This document shows positions 38,030 through 50,013 of a DNA stretch of 64,000 bases, in pieces. A program made the translations under genes and the position numbers. This DNA comes from Eledone cirrhosa. Taxonomy: Eukaryota. The DNA is taken from assembly GCA_964016885.1 (NCBI GenBank), contig OZ024762.1, positions 11,532,001-11,596,000 on the forward strand, read 5' to 3'. The notes under the pieces were generated by a model. It was not told the origin of the DNA. It made no database searches and worked only from the letters and a program-made list of their open reading frames with translations. Numbering within the stretch: position 1 is the stretch's first letter; each line of letters begins with the position of its first letter.

Positions 38030-38099
38030 GTAACATTGCGTTGTTTGGATAAAATTAATGTGAAGTCAACTGAACAAGATGTTGTGGACCTTTGTTCAA
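38030..38099 (+). CDS. FIRRM: FIRRM exon 7
   Basis: VTLRCLDKINVKSTEQDVVDLCS; donor A/GTATGT. Confidence 0.78.
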
Positions 38100-38517
38100 G
38101 TATGTCAACATTTTCGTCACATTCAACAATACATAATAAACACACCCAGTACACTCTGTAAAGTGGTTGGTGATAGGAAGAATATCAAACCATAGAAAGC
38201 TTACCAAACAAACGTTTGGGAGGACCCTTCAGTTGTGTTAAAGACATTACAACTTCCCTATACACTCAGTAAAATGTGAGACCATACATAAGCGAGATGC
38301 AGATCCCTGGCCTGTCTGAGAAGGGATCAGTAGCCCCACTTCTGTACTGACTTGGTCTATGTACACCCATTCAACTCTTGCTAGCAAAGAAAGCAGATGG
38401 TGATGATGATACTTTCTGTGCTTGCACACACACACACATTCCTGCATACACATACGCATGTTAAACAATGATGATGATGATATATATATATTAATATGTC
38501 TGTTCTTGTCTCTGCAG

Positions 38518-38602
38518 CCATCCACCATTTGTTTTCCCTCTGTCAGCTAGTTCCTGCCCTTGACATAAAAATTATGGTTGGTTTATGGAAGTCTTTATCC
38601 AG
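38518..38602 (+). CDS. FIRRM: FIRRM exon 8
   Basis: IHHLFSLCQLVPALDIKIMVGLWKSLS. Confidence 0.85.
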
Positions 38603-39457
38603 GTAATATATTTTTTCAATCACTCAGATGTGTGGGAAAGTCATCATCACCAGCATAGGTACCAGCTGAAATAACAACAAACATATGTGTTTGTATGATA
38701 GGAGTGGGGGTCCTTATTAAAATACCCAAGGGACTTCTTATGAAATGCAACCTTGTAGAAGGCCAGCAAAACTTAAGTTTAACCCTTTAGCATTTACATT
38801 GCTCTATATTTACCATTGTATTTTGGGGGTAAAGGCTTTCTCTTACATAACTACCTCACAATATCGAATCTATGAGATTTTGATATCATTTATTTTGAGA
38901 ACAATACCTAAATGTCACTATGAGTGGCCAGTTATAGCTGGTTTGAACAGAAAGAGGAAAGAAAATTCTGGCCGGATATGGCTGGTTTAAATGCTAAAGG
39001 GTTAAGCTGTATATTTCATTTCATGTATCTTTTTTTAAGATGTTGATGACTATTATAACCCAAAGAAGAATATTTCTTCCAAGACTAACCTCTACTTTAT
39101 CAGGAAAGGTTGCTTTTTATTTTTTTCTTCTTTTTAATTGATCAACAAGATGCCAGACTTTATTCACTTACTGAGTTGGGTGGAACTCATCAAATAGGAC
39201 CAAGGAAACAATGTTTCCATTGGTCTTTCCAATTGCTTATACTGTCTATCGTTCATAACTCTTAGCAGAAAGAGCGATGTGAAATAAAATGTCTTGCTCA
39301 AGGAAATAATGGATCACCCAGTTCAGGAATTGAAGATGCAGCTTCATAATTCTGAAGCCAATTCCCCACCCACTAAACCACACACCTCTTTTGTTACTGA
39401 AAACCATTTCTTCCACTTTCTGTAAATGTATCTGCTCTTTTTTCCTGTTTCCCTCAG

Positions 39458-39596
39458 GTTGGCCATTCAGTACAAAAGTTTTCTCTATTCAAGACTTGAA
39501 CTTGAAGATATCATGTCCTACTTGTCCTCCAGTATTCAGTCAAACTACGACATCTTGTTAAATGTAGCGTCGCATGTGCCAGATAATGCAGCTGAG
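39458..39596 (+). CDS. FIRRM: FIRRM exon 9
   Basis: LAIQYKSFLYSRLELEDIMSYL...PDNAAE. Confidence 0.83.
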
Positions 39597-40240
39597 GTAT
39601 GTAAACTATTAAAAAGTTTTCAAATATTTGCACAAAAAAAAATTGGTCTAGGGTCGAGAGGACATTTTTCCCGTGGTACAACAATCTCTCTAGTGTTGGT
39701 GATCTACACGATAAATACGCCCGGTACACTCTGTAAAGTGGTTGGTGTTAGGAAGGATATCCAGCCATAGAAAGCTTGCCAAAGGGTTGGGAGGTCCCTT
39801 CAGTCATGTCAAGGATATGACAGCCTCCCTAGTGTTTGGTGACCGACAGTAGCTCCATTTCTGTACTGACTTGGTCTATGTAGACCCATCCAACTCTTGC
39901 TAGTAAGGAAACCAGATGATGATGATGCTTTCTGTGCATGCACACACATACACATATTCTCTTCCATGAGTGTTGACTGAGTGATTGATTGCGGTCTGGG
40001 ATAAGTACCACTCAATATATTGAGTGTAGCCGAGTGGTGGTTGATACCACTCAATATATTGAGTGTAAGTGAATGATTGATTGTGGTCTGGGTTAAGTAC
40101 CAACCTCTCAATATATTGTGTGTAGCACTGACTCTTGGTAAACTCTTAGTATTTAACACTGACCCCAGCAATGTATAAATTAGGGCTGTGCTGGGACACA
40201 GTCCTCACCACATTATATTCTGTTCTTCTCTCTTCTCCAG

Positions 40241-40398
40241 GACCCTAATCCCCCACAAAGTAATGAGAAATCCTTCCAAATGACTTTAAAGATCGTTGGT
40301 TTCCTTATGAAGGTTGCTGTTAATTTTGTCAAAGAATATGAAAATTATCTTGGCAAGAGTGCCGAGCCATTGTACCACCTTATTCTCTACTTGTTTAA
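40241..40398 (+). CDS. FIRRM: FIRRM exon 10
   Basis: DPNPPQSNEKSFQMTLKIVGFLMKVAVNFVKEYENYLG...LYLF. Confidence 0.85.
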
Positions 40399-40888
40399 GT
40401 AAGTCTTTACTACATGTTTATGGGTTTGTCACAAGTTTGTCTTTTCTACATGATCAAATATGTCTTTACTACATGTTTTTGTTCAAGTAAATCTTTACAA
40501 TAGATGTGCATGTTTACTACATGTTTAAGTAAGTCTTCTCTACATGATTAAATAAGTCTTTACTACATGTTTAAGTAAGTCCTCTCTAAATGTTTTAATT
40601 TGCGCATACCACATGTATAATGTAAACAATACTTGGTTGACTTGCAAAACATTACAAAACTTGAAAATATCGCCACAATACAGATAACTACAATAATAGT
40701 TGAATGTTGCCACAATACAGATAACTATAATAATAGCTAAATAAATCAGGTTAAGTACCCCTGGAGACAGAAAAGAGAGTGGACTGGGATGTCGATTTAG
40801 TCAACTATCATCGATAGACATCAACTATTATTGTACTTATCTGCATTGTGGCAGCTATATTTTCAAATATATTTTACTTCCTTTCTAG

Positions 40889-41037
40889 GTTTTCTCCACC
40901 GTCTTTAACTGCTCCGAAACTCATTGAACAAAATCAACAAGACATCCAGCTGCAGGTATTGAATGCTACACAGCCCCTCCTTAGCACCCTCATCTTAAAC
41001 TACTACTTCCGTGTTTTAGTTACTGCTGACAATAATG
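40889..41037 (+). CDS. FIRRM: FIRRM exon 11
   Basis: FSPPSLTAPKLIEQNQQDIQLQVLNATQPLLSTL. Confidence 0.87.
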
Positions 41038-41229
41038 GTAAGTGTGTAATTTAACTCCTAATTTCCTGTAATGATTTAGCAAGACCATATCTTTAAAATC
41101 ATCATCATCATTTCATGTTCACCTTCCATTTTGGCATGGCTTGGATGGGTTGTCTCAGTCTGAGACCAGATTGGTTGAAATAACCAGTCTTGCTTGTTAC
41201 ATTCCATATTTGGCATGGTTTTTGCGACT

Positions 41230-41555
41230 GGATGTCCTTCCTTATGCCAACCCCATTACAGGGTGTACTAGGTGTGTTTTGTTGTCACCAGTACTGCCAC
41301 TTTACAGAGTGTAGTGGGTGTATTTTATTGTGGTACCAACAGTAACATTTTACAGGGTTTACAGGGTGTATTTTATTGTGGTACCAACACTAACATTTTA
41401 CAGGGTGTACAGGGTGTATTTTATTGTGGTACCAACACTAACATTTCACAGGTTGTACAGGGTGTATTTTATTGTGGTACCAACACTAACATTTCACAGG
41501 GTGTACAGGGTGTATTTTATTGTGGTACCAACACTAACATTTTACAGGGTGTATG
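41230..41555 (+). repeat. 48-bp minisatellite within a family C repeat
   Basis: About 6 units of ACAGGGTGTACAGGGTGTATTTTATTGTGGTACCAACACTAACATTTT. Confidence 0.85.
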
Positions 41556-41772
41556 AACATGACATGGTCACCTGACCTAGCATTGCTCACAACAGGATAA
41601 CTCGTCTAACCCATGCTAGCGTGGAAAAATGGACATTAAACGATGATGATTATGATTCATGTCTTTGGTATATTTGATTAATAGTGAAGTTATACTTTAA
41701 TTGATGGCCTTGTGCATACATTTGAGACCTTTGTTATATATTTGAAATATTCTTATATATTTCCTTTGTAAG

Positions 41773-41847
41773 ATTTGGAGCCTGGCCTGGCACTACCAAG
41801 ACTTTTACTTCACATTATGGTCACCAACCTTCTTCCAAAGACAAAGT
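41773..41847 (+). CDS. FIRRM: FIRRM exon 12
   Basis: LEPGLALPRLLLHIMVTNLLPKTK; donor T/GTAAGT. Confidence 0.78.
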
Positions 41848-41941
41848 GTAAGTATCTTTTTCAGTGCTATTGTTCAAAAAATTATTTGCTTCTGATGTGT
41901 TGCCTTCAAATTGATTTCTTGTTGTCTTTTGTCTTTTGTAG

Positions 41942-42037
41942 ATGTGTTCACAGAAAGTTGGTATTCACCAAAGAAATTTACAGAAGAAGTTTGTCATGAT
42001 AACATTTTAGCAAGCATATTTATAACATTACAGAAAT
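41942..42037 (+). CDS. FIRRM: FIRRM exon 13
   Basis: VFTESWYSPKKFTEEVCHDNILASIFITLQK; donor T/GTAAGT. Confidence 0.78.
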
Positions 42038-42878
42038 GTAAGTCTTGAGACAATCTTTTCTTATTTTTTTCAAGGGAGAAATGGTATGAAATGATCGGGT
42101 AGTCGGGTCATGTGTTGAGGAAGGATGAAAGTGACCGGATGAGAGGAATAGAGCCAGTGATGGATGTTGTGAAGAGAAATGGAATGAGATGGTTGGGTCA
42201 TGTGTTGAGGAAGGATGAAACTGACTGAGTGAGAGGAGTGATGGGAATGAATGTGGAAAGAAGTAGAGGAAGGGGAAAACCAAGAAAGACATGGCTAAAG
42301 ATGATGAAGGAGAGAATATAAGCCAGGGTTTGGTGAGGGAGAGGGGCTGAAGATAGAGTAAAATGGAGAAGTGGGTTATGAGGTCTTCAAGGCTAACCCC
42401 TGCTTTAACAGCAAGATAACCTCAAAACGTTGTAAATTGAAAAATGACACATGAGAAATAATTAGGAAGAACTTGTTAATTAATTGCTTATTTCTTTATT
42501 TAGAAGTATAGGTTAGGGTCGTTAGAGCATAGGGTGAAATACCTTGCGTTATTTGTTCCAGCTATCTGTTGGCTGGGTTTTAACCCCATCAAAATGGCCT
42601 TAACCCTTTAGCATTTACATCACTCTGTATATACTATTGTATTTTTGTGATAAAGGCTTTATCTCACATAATATCAAATCTACAAGATTTTGATGTTATT
42701 TATTTTAAGAACAATACCTTAACAAAAGTATGAGCAGCTGGTTACAGTCAGTTTTAACAGGAAGAGGTGAGAGAATTCTAGCTGGATATGGCCGGTTTAA
42801 ATGTTAAAGGGTTAAATCACTAATTTTTGTTGTTAATTTTGCTGTTTTGTCTGAAAACTGTTTTTATTCCATCGAAAG

Positions 42879-42942
42879 GTTCAGTTGAAATGTCATCTGA
42901 TATAAGATTACCCATAATTCCGGCTGCTGGATGTGCACAGAG
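42879..42942 (+). CDS. FIRRM: FIRRM exon 14
   Basis: (C)SVEMSSDIRLPIIPAAGCAQ; weak aaag acceptor, phases fit. Confidence 0.72.
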
Positions 42943-43024
42943 GTTAGTTCTTTTCGTCATCATCATCACCAACAACACACCACTACCATCATCACCAACA
43001 ACACCACTTTCATTATCCTATTTC

Positions 43025-43600
43025 CAATGAAAGACACTGCCTATGTTTAACCCTTTCCTTACCATATTTCTAATGTAAGACACTGTCTATGTCATTAACC
43101 CTTTCATTACCATATTTCTAATGAAAGACACTGTCTATGTCATTAACCCTTTCATTACGATATTTCTAATGAAAGACGCTGTCTATGTCATTAGCCCTTT
43201 CATTACCATATTTCTAATGAAAGACACTGTCTATGTCATTAACCCTTTCATTACCATATTTCTAATGAAAGACACTGTCTATGTCATTAACCCTTTCATT
43301 ACAATATTTCTAATGAAAGACGCTGTCTATGTCATTAACCCTTTCATTACAATATTTCTAATGAAAGACACTGTCTATGTCATTAACCCTTTCATTACAA
43401 TATTTCTAATGAAAGACACTGTCTATGTCATTAACCCTTTCATTACTATATTTATAATGAAAGACACTACCTATGTCATTAACCCTTTCATTACCATATT
43501 TCTAATGAAAGACACTGTCTATGTCATTAACTCTTACATTACCATATTTCTAATGAAAGACACTTTCATTAGAAATATGGTAATGAAAGGGTTAAACATA
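43025..43600 (+). repeat. 48-bp minisatellite (about 11 copies) ending in an inverted unit
   Basis: TTAACCCTTTCATTACCATATTTCTAATGAAAGACACTGTCTATGTCA; inverted copy at about 43565-43600. Confidence 0.9.
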
Positions 43601-44120
43601 GGTGGAATCTTTCATAGGATATATGTTAACAAAAGGGTTAAAACAGGGGTTAGGCTCATGACAAGCTTCAAACTCATCCTGAGAACCCTTTTCAAAACAA
43701 GGGTGCCCTTCCTGATGACAACACTTTTAGTCACTTTTTACCACACACAAGGATATGATGTACATCATATATACATTATATATACACTATATACATTATA
43801 TATACACTATTTACAGTATATGTATATACTATATATGATGTTGTCCAAGGGAAAGGCAATGGCTGATACAGCTTGGCACCAGTCACGTGGCAACTCATTT
43901 CTACAGCTGAGTAAACTGGAGCAACTTGAAATAAAGTGTCTTGCTCAAGAACACAACACATCACCCAGTCCAAGAATCAAACTCACAACCTCCCGATTAC
44001 AAGCCCAATGTTCTCACCACTAAGCTATCCACCTTCAAACTAAATACACTTAGCAGTATTCTATGATATCAAGTAATGATAAAATTCTGTTTTATTTTTT
44101 TGTGTTTTTTAAAACTAAAG

Positions 44121-44202
44121 GAATGCCAGTCTGTATGAATATATCTGTACCAATCTTTGTGGGTTTGTTGGCAGTTGGCCTGCTCAGAATTTCACTATTG
44201 TT
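44121..44202 (+). CDS. FIRRM: FIRRM exon 15
   Basis: NASLYEYICTNLCGFVGSWPAQNFTIV. Confidence 0.85.
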
Positions 44203-44238
44203 GTAAGTACCCTTAATTCTTCTTCTTCTGGTCCTGTA

Positions 44239-44414
44239 CGAGGGTCAGCTGAAAGGTTCAAAGGCTGACCGAGATACTCTCATGGAATGATCAAATGAGG
44301 TTTATTTTTCAACATAGTCCCTAGAAAGAAACAATGCAGTTATTTATAAGAAGAGTTGAAATTAATGCATGCAAGATTTCATAATCAGCCTGTGAACTTT
44401 TCAACTCATCCTCA
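44239..44414. mobile_element. mariner-like MITE
   Basis: TA-CGAGGGTCAGCTGAAAGGTTCA...TGAACTTTTCAACTCATCCTCA-TA, imperfect TIRs with TA flanks. Confidence 0.6.
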
Positions 44415-45215
44415 TAATTATTAAGTTGATGTTTGGAACATAACTTAACAAAGGTTTTCACATAAAAATTTTGATGCAAAGTTTTTAGATAAATATAAAC
44501 ATTTTAAAATATACAGTTTTGTATCATTGGACAAGGGGTGGAACCAAGAAACTCAGGTGAAACCATGGGTGGTTTGGTATCAGAAGGGTTCAGTTATGTT
44601 CCAAACACCAATTTAATAATCAATATATTGATAAGTTATTTGAAAAATGTTTAACCCTTTAGCATTTTATATTACTCTATACATACTATTATATTTTCAC
44701 GGTAAAAGCTTTACCTTACATAATTATCTCACTTAATATTGAAACTATGAGATTTTGATATAATATATTTTGAGAACAATACCTTAACCCTTTAGCATTT
44801 ACATTACTCTATATATACTATTCTATTTTCATGGTAAAAGCTTTAACTCGCATAATTATCTCATAGCGTGGAAAGTGGACATAAAACGAGGATGATGATG
44901 ATGAATATAGAATCTATGAGATTTTGAAAGTATTTATTTTGAGAACAATACCTTAATATCAGTTTGAGTGACCAGTTACAGCCAGTTTCAACAGAAAAAG
45001 GTAGAGAATTCTGGCTGGTTTGAACATTAAAGGTTTAACATTGGTATGAATGGCTGGTTGCAGCTGGTTTGAACAGAAAGAGGTGAGAGAATTCTGGCTG
45101 GATATGGTTAGTTTAAATGTTAAAGGGTTAAACCAAACTTCTTCCTTCTCTTACTTTCACTCTCTCTCTCATACTCTCTCTCTCTCTCTCTCAATATATG
45201 ACTCACCTGTTCCAG

Positions 45216-45298
45216 GAATCAGTTCTCTTGACCAACCTCCTCCACAGTAACCCGTACTGTAAAATGATGGCTGCTGATGTTTGGTGCTTCATTGGACG
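45216..45298 (+). CDS. FIRRM: FIRRM exon 16
   Basis: ESVLLTNLLHSNPYCKMMAADVWCFIG. Confidence 0.9.
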
Positions 45299-45681
45299 GT
45301 AAATATTGCCTGTTTTGTTGTTCATCATTATTTAACCGTTACATATACTATATATACAGTGAAGACAGTATATACTGTATATAGAAGTATATACTGTATA
45401 TACAGTATATACTGTATATACAGTATATACTTGTGTATACAGTATATATTTTTATATACAGATATACTGTATATATCACTTATATATGCGAGCATGGAAA
45501 AACAGACGTAAAAACTTTGATGATGCTGATACAGTATAGGTGCTTTTGCCTATAGTATACAGTATAGGTACTTTTTGTCTATAGTATACAGTATAGGTAT
45601 TTTTCTCTATAGTATACTGTATAGGTGTCTTTGTCTATAATATACAGTATAGGTGTTTTTCTCTATTATTTCCACCTATAG

Positions 45682-45826
45682 GTACGGCAGTGCTTCTTTA
45701 TGTCATCACCACGTGAAGATCTTGGCAACAGTGTGGCTGGCCCTTGACTGGTCACAGAACCAATCTTATGAACATCTCCTCATTCTTTTTCACAGACTTT
45801 TTAAGTTTCAGTTAATTGAAGACCAG
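45682..45826 (+). CDS. FIRRM: FIRRM exon 17
   Basis: YGSASLCHHHVKILA...LLILFHRLFKFQLIEDQ. Confidence 0.9.
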
Positions 45827-46367
45827 GTGAGAGAGAACAGTTTGTTTTTTAACCCTTTAGCATTCACATTACTCTATATTTACTATTGTATTTTCATAGT
45901 AAAGGCTTTACCGTACATAATTATCTCACATAATATTGAATCTACGAGATTTTGATATTATTTATTTTGGGAACAACACCTTAATGTCAATATGAGTGGC
46001 CAGTTACGGCCGATTTGAACAGAAAGAGGTGAGAGAATTCTGACCGGATATGGCCAGTTTAAATGCTAAAGGGTTAAAGCCTTATCCAACCCTCAGTTTT
46101 ATGTAAACCAGATATTAGAGTAAAGACTTTAATTTTAATGTGATGTAAATATAGTGCTGTTTAGTACTTTTTAAGAATGTTGTAGCGGTTGTCTCTTTAA
46201 TTCAAAAGTTTATATTATATTTACTAATAGATGGGTCATTGTGGAAATCAACATTAAATAAACCCTTTAGCATTCAAACCGACCATATATACACACACTG
46301 CATGGAAAAGCAGGCATATAAACGATAATGATGATATATATATATATAATATATATATATATATACA

Positions 46368-46468
46368 CAGGGTGTCCCCCAAAAATGTATACACACTTCA
46401 ACGGCATTCTGATAAATATTGCCTGTACAGGTAATCAAAGTGTATATATATTTTTGGGGGACACCCTG
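46368..46468. mobile_element. Tc1/mariner-type MITE (101 bp)
   Basis: TIRs CAGGGTGTCCCCCAAAAA / TTTTTGGGGGACACCCTG in a TA context. Confidence 0.7.
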
Positions 46469-46689
46469 TATATACTTTATGATCATGTGCCCAACACCCT
46501 AACCATTAGGCCATGAGCCCTTATGAATGTACAGACCTATGGAAACATAGTTTCCTTGGTCCAATCTGAAGGATCAGCCTCATTCGTTCCTCTCCTTTCC
46601 CTGTGTGTCAGTATCTAAGTATATTTTCATTCTTTTATCTATATATTTGATGTTTGAAACTGTCTTTTTACCTAACAATTGTATTTCAG

Positions 46690-46872
46690 GAAGAAATTTT
46701 CAAATTATATCCACCATCCAGCCATCTTTCTCTCTGGAGTCTTGTACAGCTAGACACCCTTCCAGATACAATATCTTCTCAACTAAAGAGTGAATTGGTG
46801 CAGATCTGTGCTAAATCCATCCATACTGTCTGTTCTTCTGGAACATTCTCCGACAAAGATATGAAATCTTGT
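46690..46872 (+). CDS. FIRRM: FIRRM exon 18
   Basis: EEIFKLYPPSSHLSLWSLVQLDTLP...DMKSC. Confidence 0.85.
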
Positions 46873-47442
46873 GTAAGTGAGCTTATTATTATCCTTAAAC
46901 TGGCCATATTCGGCCAGAATTCTCTCACCTTTTTCTGTTCAAAACACCTGTAACCGGCAATTCATACTTATGTTAAAATATTTCTCTCAAAATAAATAAT
47001 ATCAAAATCTCAGATTCGATATTATGTGAGATAAAGCCTTTACCATGAAAATACAATAGTAAATATAGAGTAATGTAGATGTTATGTGAGGTAAAGCCTT
47101 TACCATGAAAATACAATAGTATATATAGAGTAATGTAGATGTTATGTGAGATATTATGTGAGGTAAAGCCTTTACTGTGAAAATACAATAGTATATATAT
47201 AGAGTAATGTAGATGTTATGTGAGATATGTGAGGTAAAGCCTTTACTGTGAAAATACAATAGTATATATAGAGTAATGTAAATGTTAAAGGGTTAAAGGG
47301 CAGTGTGTTTCAATATTGGTAGAGCATTGGACAACATGCTTTGCAGTATATAGTTCTGTAAAATTTGTAAGCGAGCCAATTATTCAAGACCTAAGAGTAT
47401 CTGTTTAGCTGGGTATCTGATTCATTCCTTTTTTCTTTACAG

Positions 47443-47673
47443 CTCGATGTCCTCAAGTGCCTGCAGAGTCTCAGTAGATACCTTGTGGTATTATCCAGAT
47501 CGGGATGTACTCTCCATTACTTGGTATTACAACGTATAATGATGATGTGGTCAGCTGAGTCAAAGTTGAGCAGCTCAGATGGCAGCCAGTCTTATCGTTC
47601 TCTTATACTCACTAATCTTCTCACTACATCAGCCCAGCTACTCTCAGTCATGAAACCAACACACATATCTTCA
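47443..47673 (+). CDS. FIRRM: FIRRM exon 19
   Basis: LDVLKCLQSLSRYLVVLSRSG...MKPTHISS; phase 0-0. Confidence 0.78.
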
Positions 47674-47699
47674 GTAAGTACTTAACTACATTGTTATTA

Positions 47700-48590
47700 A
47701 TTGGCAGTAGAATTGGTAGAGTGTCGGACAACATGCTTTACGGCATTGAGTTACATCCCTTTACGTTCTGAGTTCAAATCCCATCGAGGTTAGCTTTACC
47801 TTTCATCCTTACGGGGTCGATAAAATAAAGCACCAGTAATGCACTGGGGTCGATTTGACATTTATCTCTCTCCCCACCCCCCTCCCTCGAAAAAAATGCT
47901 GGCTTTGTGCTTAATTCAGAAACCATTATTATTATTGGCGGTGGAGTGGCAGTATCGGTAGAGGGTCAGACACCAGGCCTCTTGCAGCATAGAGTTACAG
48001 CCCTTTATGGTCTGAGTTCAAATCCCGCCGAGGTTAACTTTGCCTTTTATCCTTACGGGGGGGTCAATAAAATAAAGTACCAGTAATGCACTGGGGTAAT
48101 TGCTGGCCTTGTGCCAAAAGTAGAAGCAATTATTATTATTGGCAGTATCAGTAGAGTGTCAGAAAAGCTTCTCAGCATAGAGTTACGGCCCTTTATGTTC
48201 TGAATTCAAATCCTGCCGAGGTTAGCTTTGCCTTGATAAAATAAAGTACCAGTCATGTACTTCTTTTGACAGCTCACACCTCTACGCAGGTTCAGCTGGC
48301 CTCCCCCCAAGGTATATCTTGTTGGAAGTGTCTTGGGGTCATTTAATGATATGACCACAGTCCCTATCATCTCACTTCTACAGCTGAGTAAACTGGAGCA
48401 ACGTGAAATAAAGTGTCTTGCTCAAGGAAACAACACATCACCCGGTCCGAGAATTGAACTCACAACCTTTCGATTGCAAACCCAATGCTCTAACCCCTAA
48501 GCCATGCACCTTCATGCACTGGGGTTGATTTAATCAACTTTCCCCTCTCCTTCAAATTACTGGCCTTGTGCCTAAAGTAGAAACAATTAT
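47700..48590. mobile_element. Nested SINE cluster (three family A copies, with a family B copy inserted in the last)
   Basis: Repeated GAGTTCAAATCC heads; the family A tail resumes at about 48515 after the family B insert. Confidence 0.7.
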
Positions 48591-48899
48591 TACACCACAC
48601 AAACTGTTATAATAATAATAATAATAATAATGAAATTATTGTGTACAGTGCTCAGGTGCACTAAAACTCATCAAAGGTGCATGTATGGTACATAGAATAA
48701 TGTACAAATGTCAGGGAAGTGAATAGTGTATGAGTCATGATATGATATACATGTGTGCGTGTGTATGGAGAGGGAATATTAGGTGTAGTGTTGGTGAAAC
48801 TCAGGAAGCATGGAGGTTAGTGGGTTTTTGGTTTTGTTTTTAGCATCTCAAAGGTCAATCAGTGATCTGTAATCACTGATCCATAACTTCTAGTGGTGC

Positions 48900-49657
48900 C
48901 TCTCTCTCTCATAGTTGTACACTCTCTCTCTCTCTCAGAGTTGTACACTCTCTCTCTCTCTCAGAGCTGTACACTCTCTCTCTATTTCTCTCTCAGCGCT
49001 GTACTCTCTCTCTCTCTCTCAGAGCTGTACACTCTCTATTTCTCTCTCAGAGCTGTACACTCTCTCTTTCTCTCAGAGTTGTACTCTCTCTCTCTCTATT
49101 TCTCTCTCAGAGCTGTACACTCTCTCTCTCTCAGAGCTGTACACTCTCTCTCTCTCTCAGAGCTGTATACTCTCTCTCTATTTCTCTCTCAGCGCTGTAT
49201 ACTCTCTCTCTATTTCTCTCTCAGCGCTGTACTCTCTCTCTCTCTCAGAGTTATACTCTCTCTCTCTCTCAGAGTTGTACTCTCTCTATTTCTCTCTCAG
49301 AGCTGTACACTCTCTCTCTCAGAGTTGTACTCTCTCTCTCTATTCCTCTCTCAGAGCTGTACTCTCTCTCTCTATTCCTCTCTCAGAGTTGTACTCTCTC
49401 TCTCTATTTCTCTCTCAGAGCTGTACACTCTCTCTCTCTCAGAGTTGTACTCTCTCTCTCTATTCCTCTCTCAGAGCTGTACACTCTCTCTCTATTTCTC
49501 TCTCAGAACTGTACACTCTCTCTCTCTCTCTCAGAGTTGTACTCTCTCTCTCTATTCCTCTCTCAGAGCTGTACACTCTCTCTCTATTTCTCTCTCAGCG
49601 CTGTACTCTCTCTCTCTCTCTTTCTCTCTCAGCGCTGTACTCTCTCTCTCTCTCTCC
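48900..49657. repeat. (CT)n-CAGAGCTGTAC compound minisatellite
   Basis: About 25 or more units directly upstream of the FIRRM exon 20 acceptor. Confidence 0.9.
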
Positions 49658-49659
49658 AG

Positions 49660-49770
49660 ATTGTCAACACCCTAGAGAAGCTGTTTCAGGTGAAACCTTG
49701 TGAGATTCTCAGGTTGGCCACATCAACATTCCTTAAAGACGTTGGCAAAGTTGATTTACAGAATACTGAA
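49660..49770 (+). CDS. FIRRM: FIRRM exon 20
   Basis: IVNTLEKLFQVKPCEILRLATSTFLKDVGKVDLQNTE. Confidence 0.83.
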
Positions 49771-49970
49771 GTAAGACTTTATTGTTGTTGTTACTACTGC
49801 TGCTTCTACTACTACTACTAATATTATTACTACTAATATTACTGTTGCTACTACTACTACTACTACTACTGTTACTGCTGCTACTACTACTACTATTCTT
49901 ACTACCACCATTATATAATATGTGGTACTCTATATATGTACAGTACCTAGTAGTGCTATTTTTTGTATGT

Positions 49971-50013
<43 letters not shown>

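Noticed and set aside
43121-44023. 300-aa ORF with a 16-aa repeat
   Set aside because: A 48-bp minisatellite running into a SINE within a FIRRM intron.
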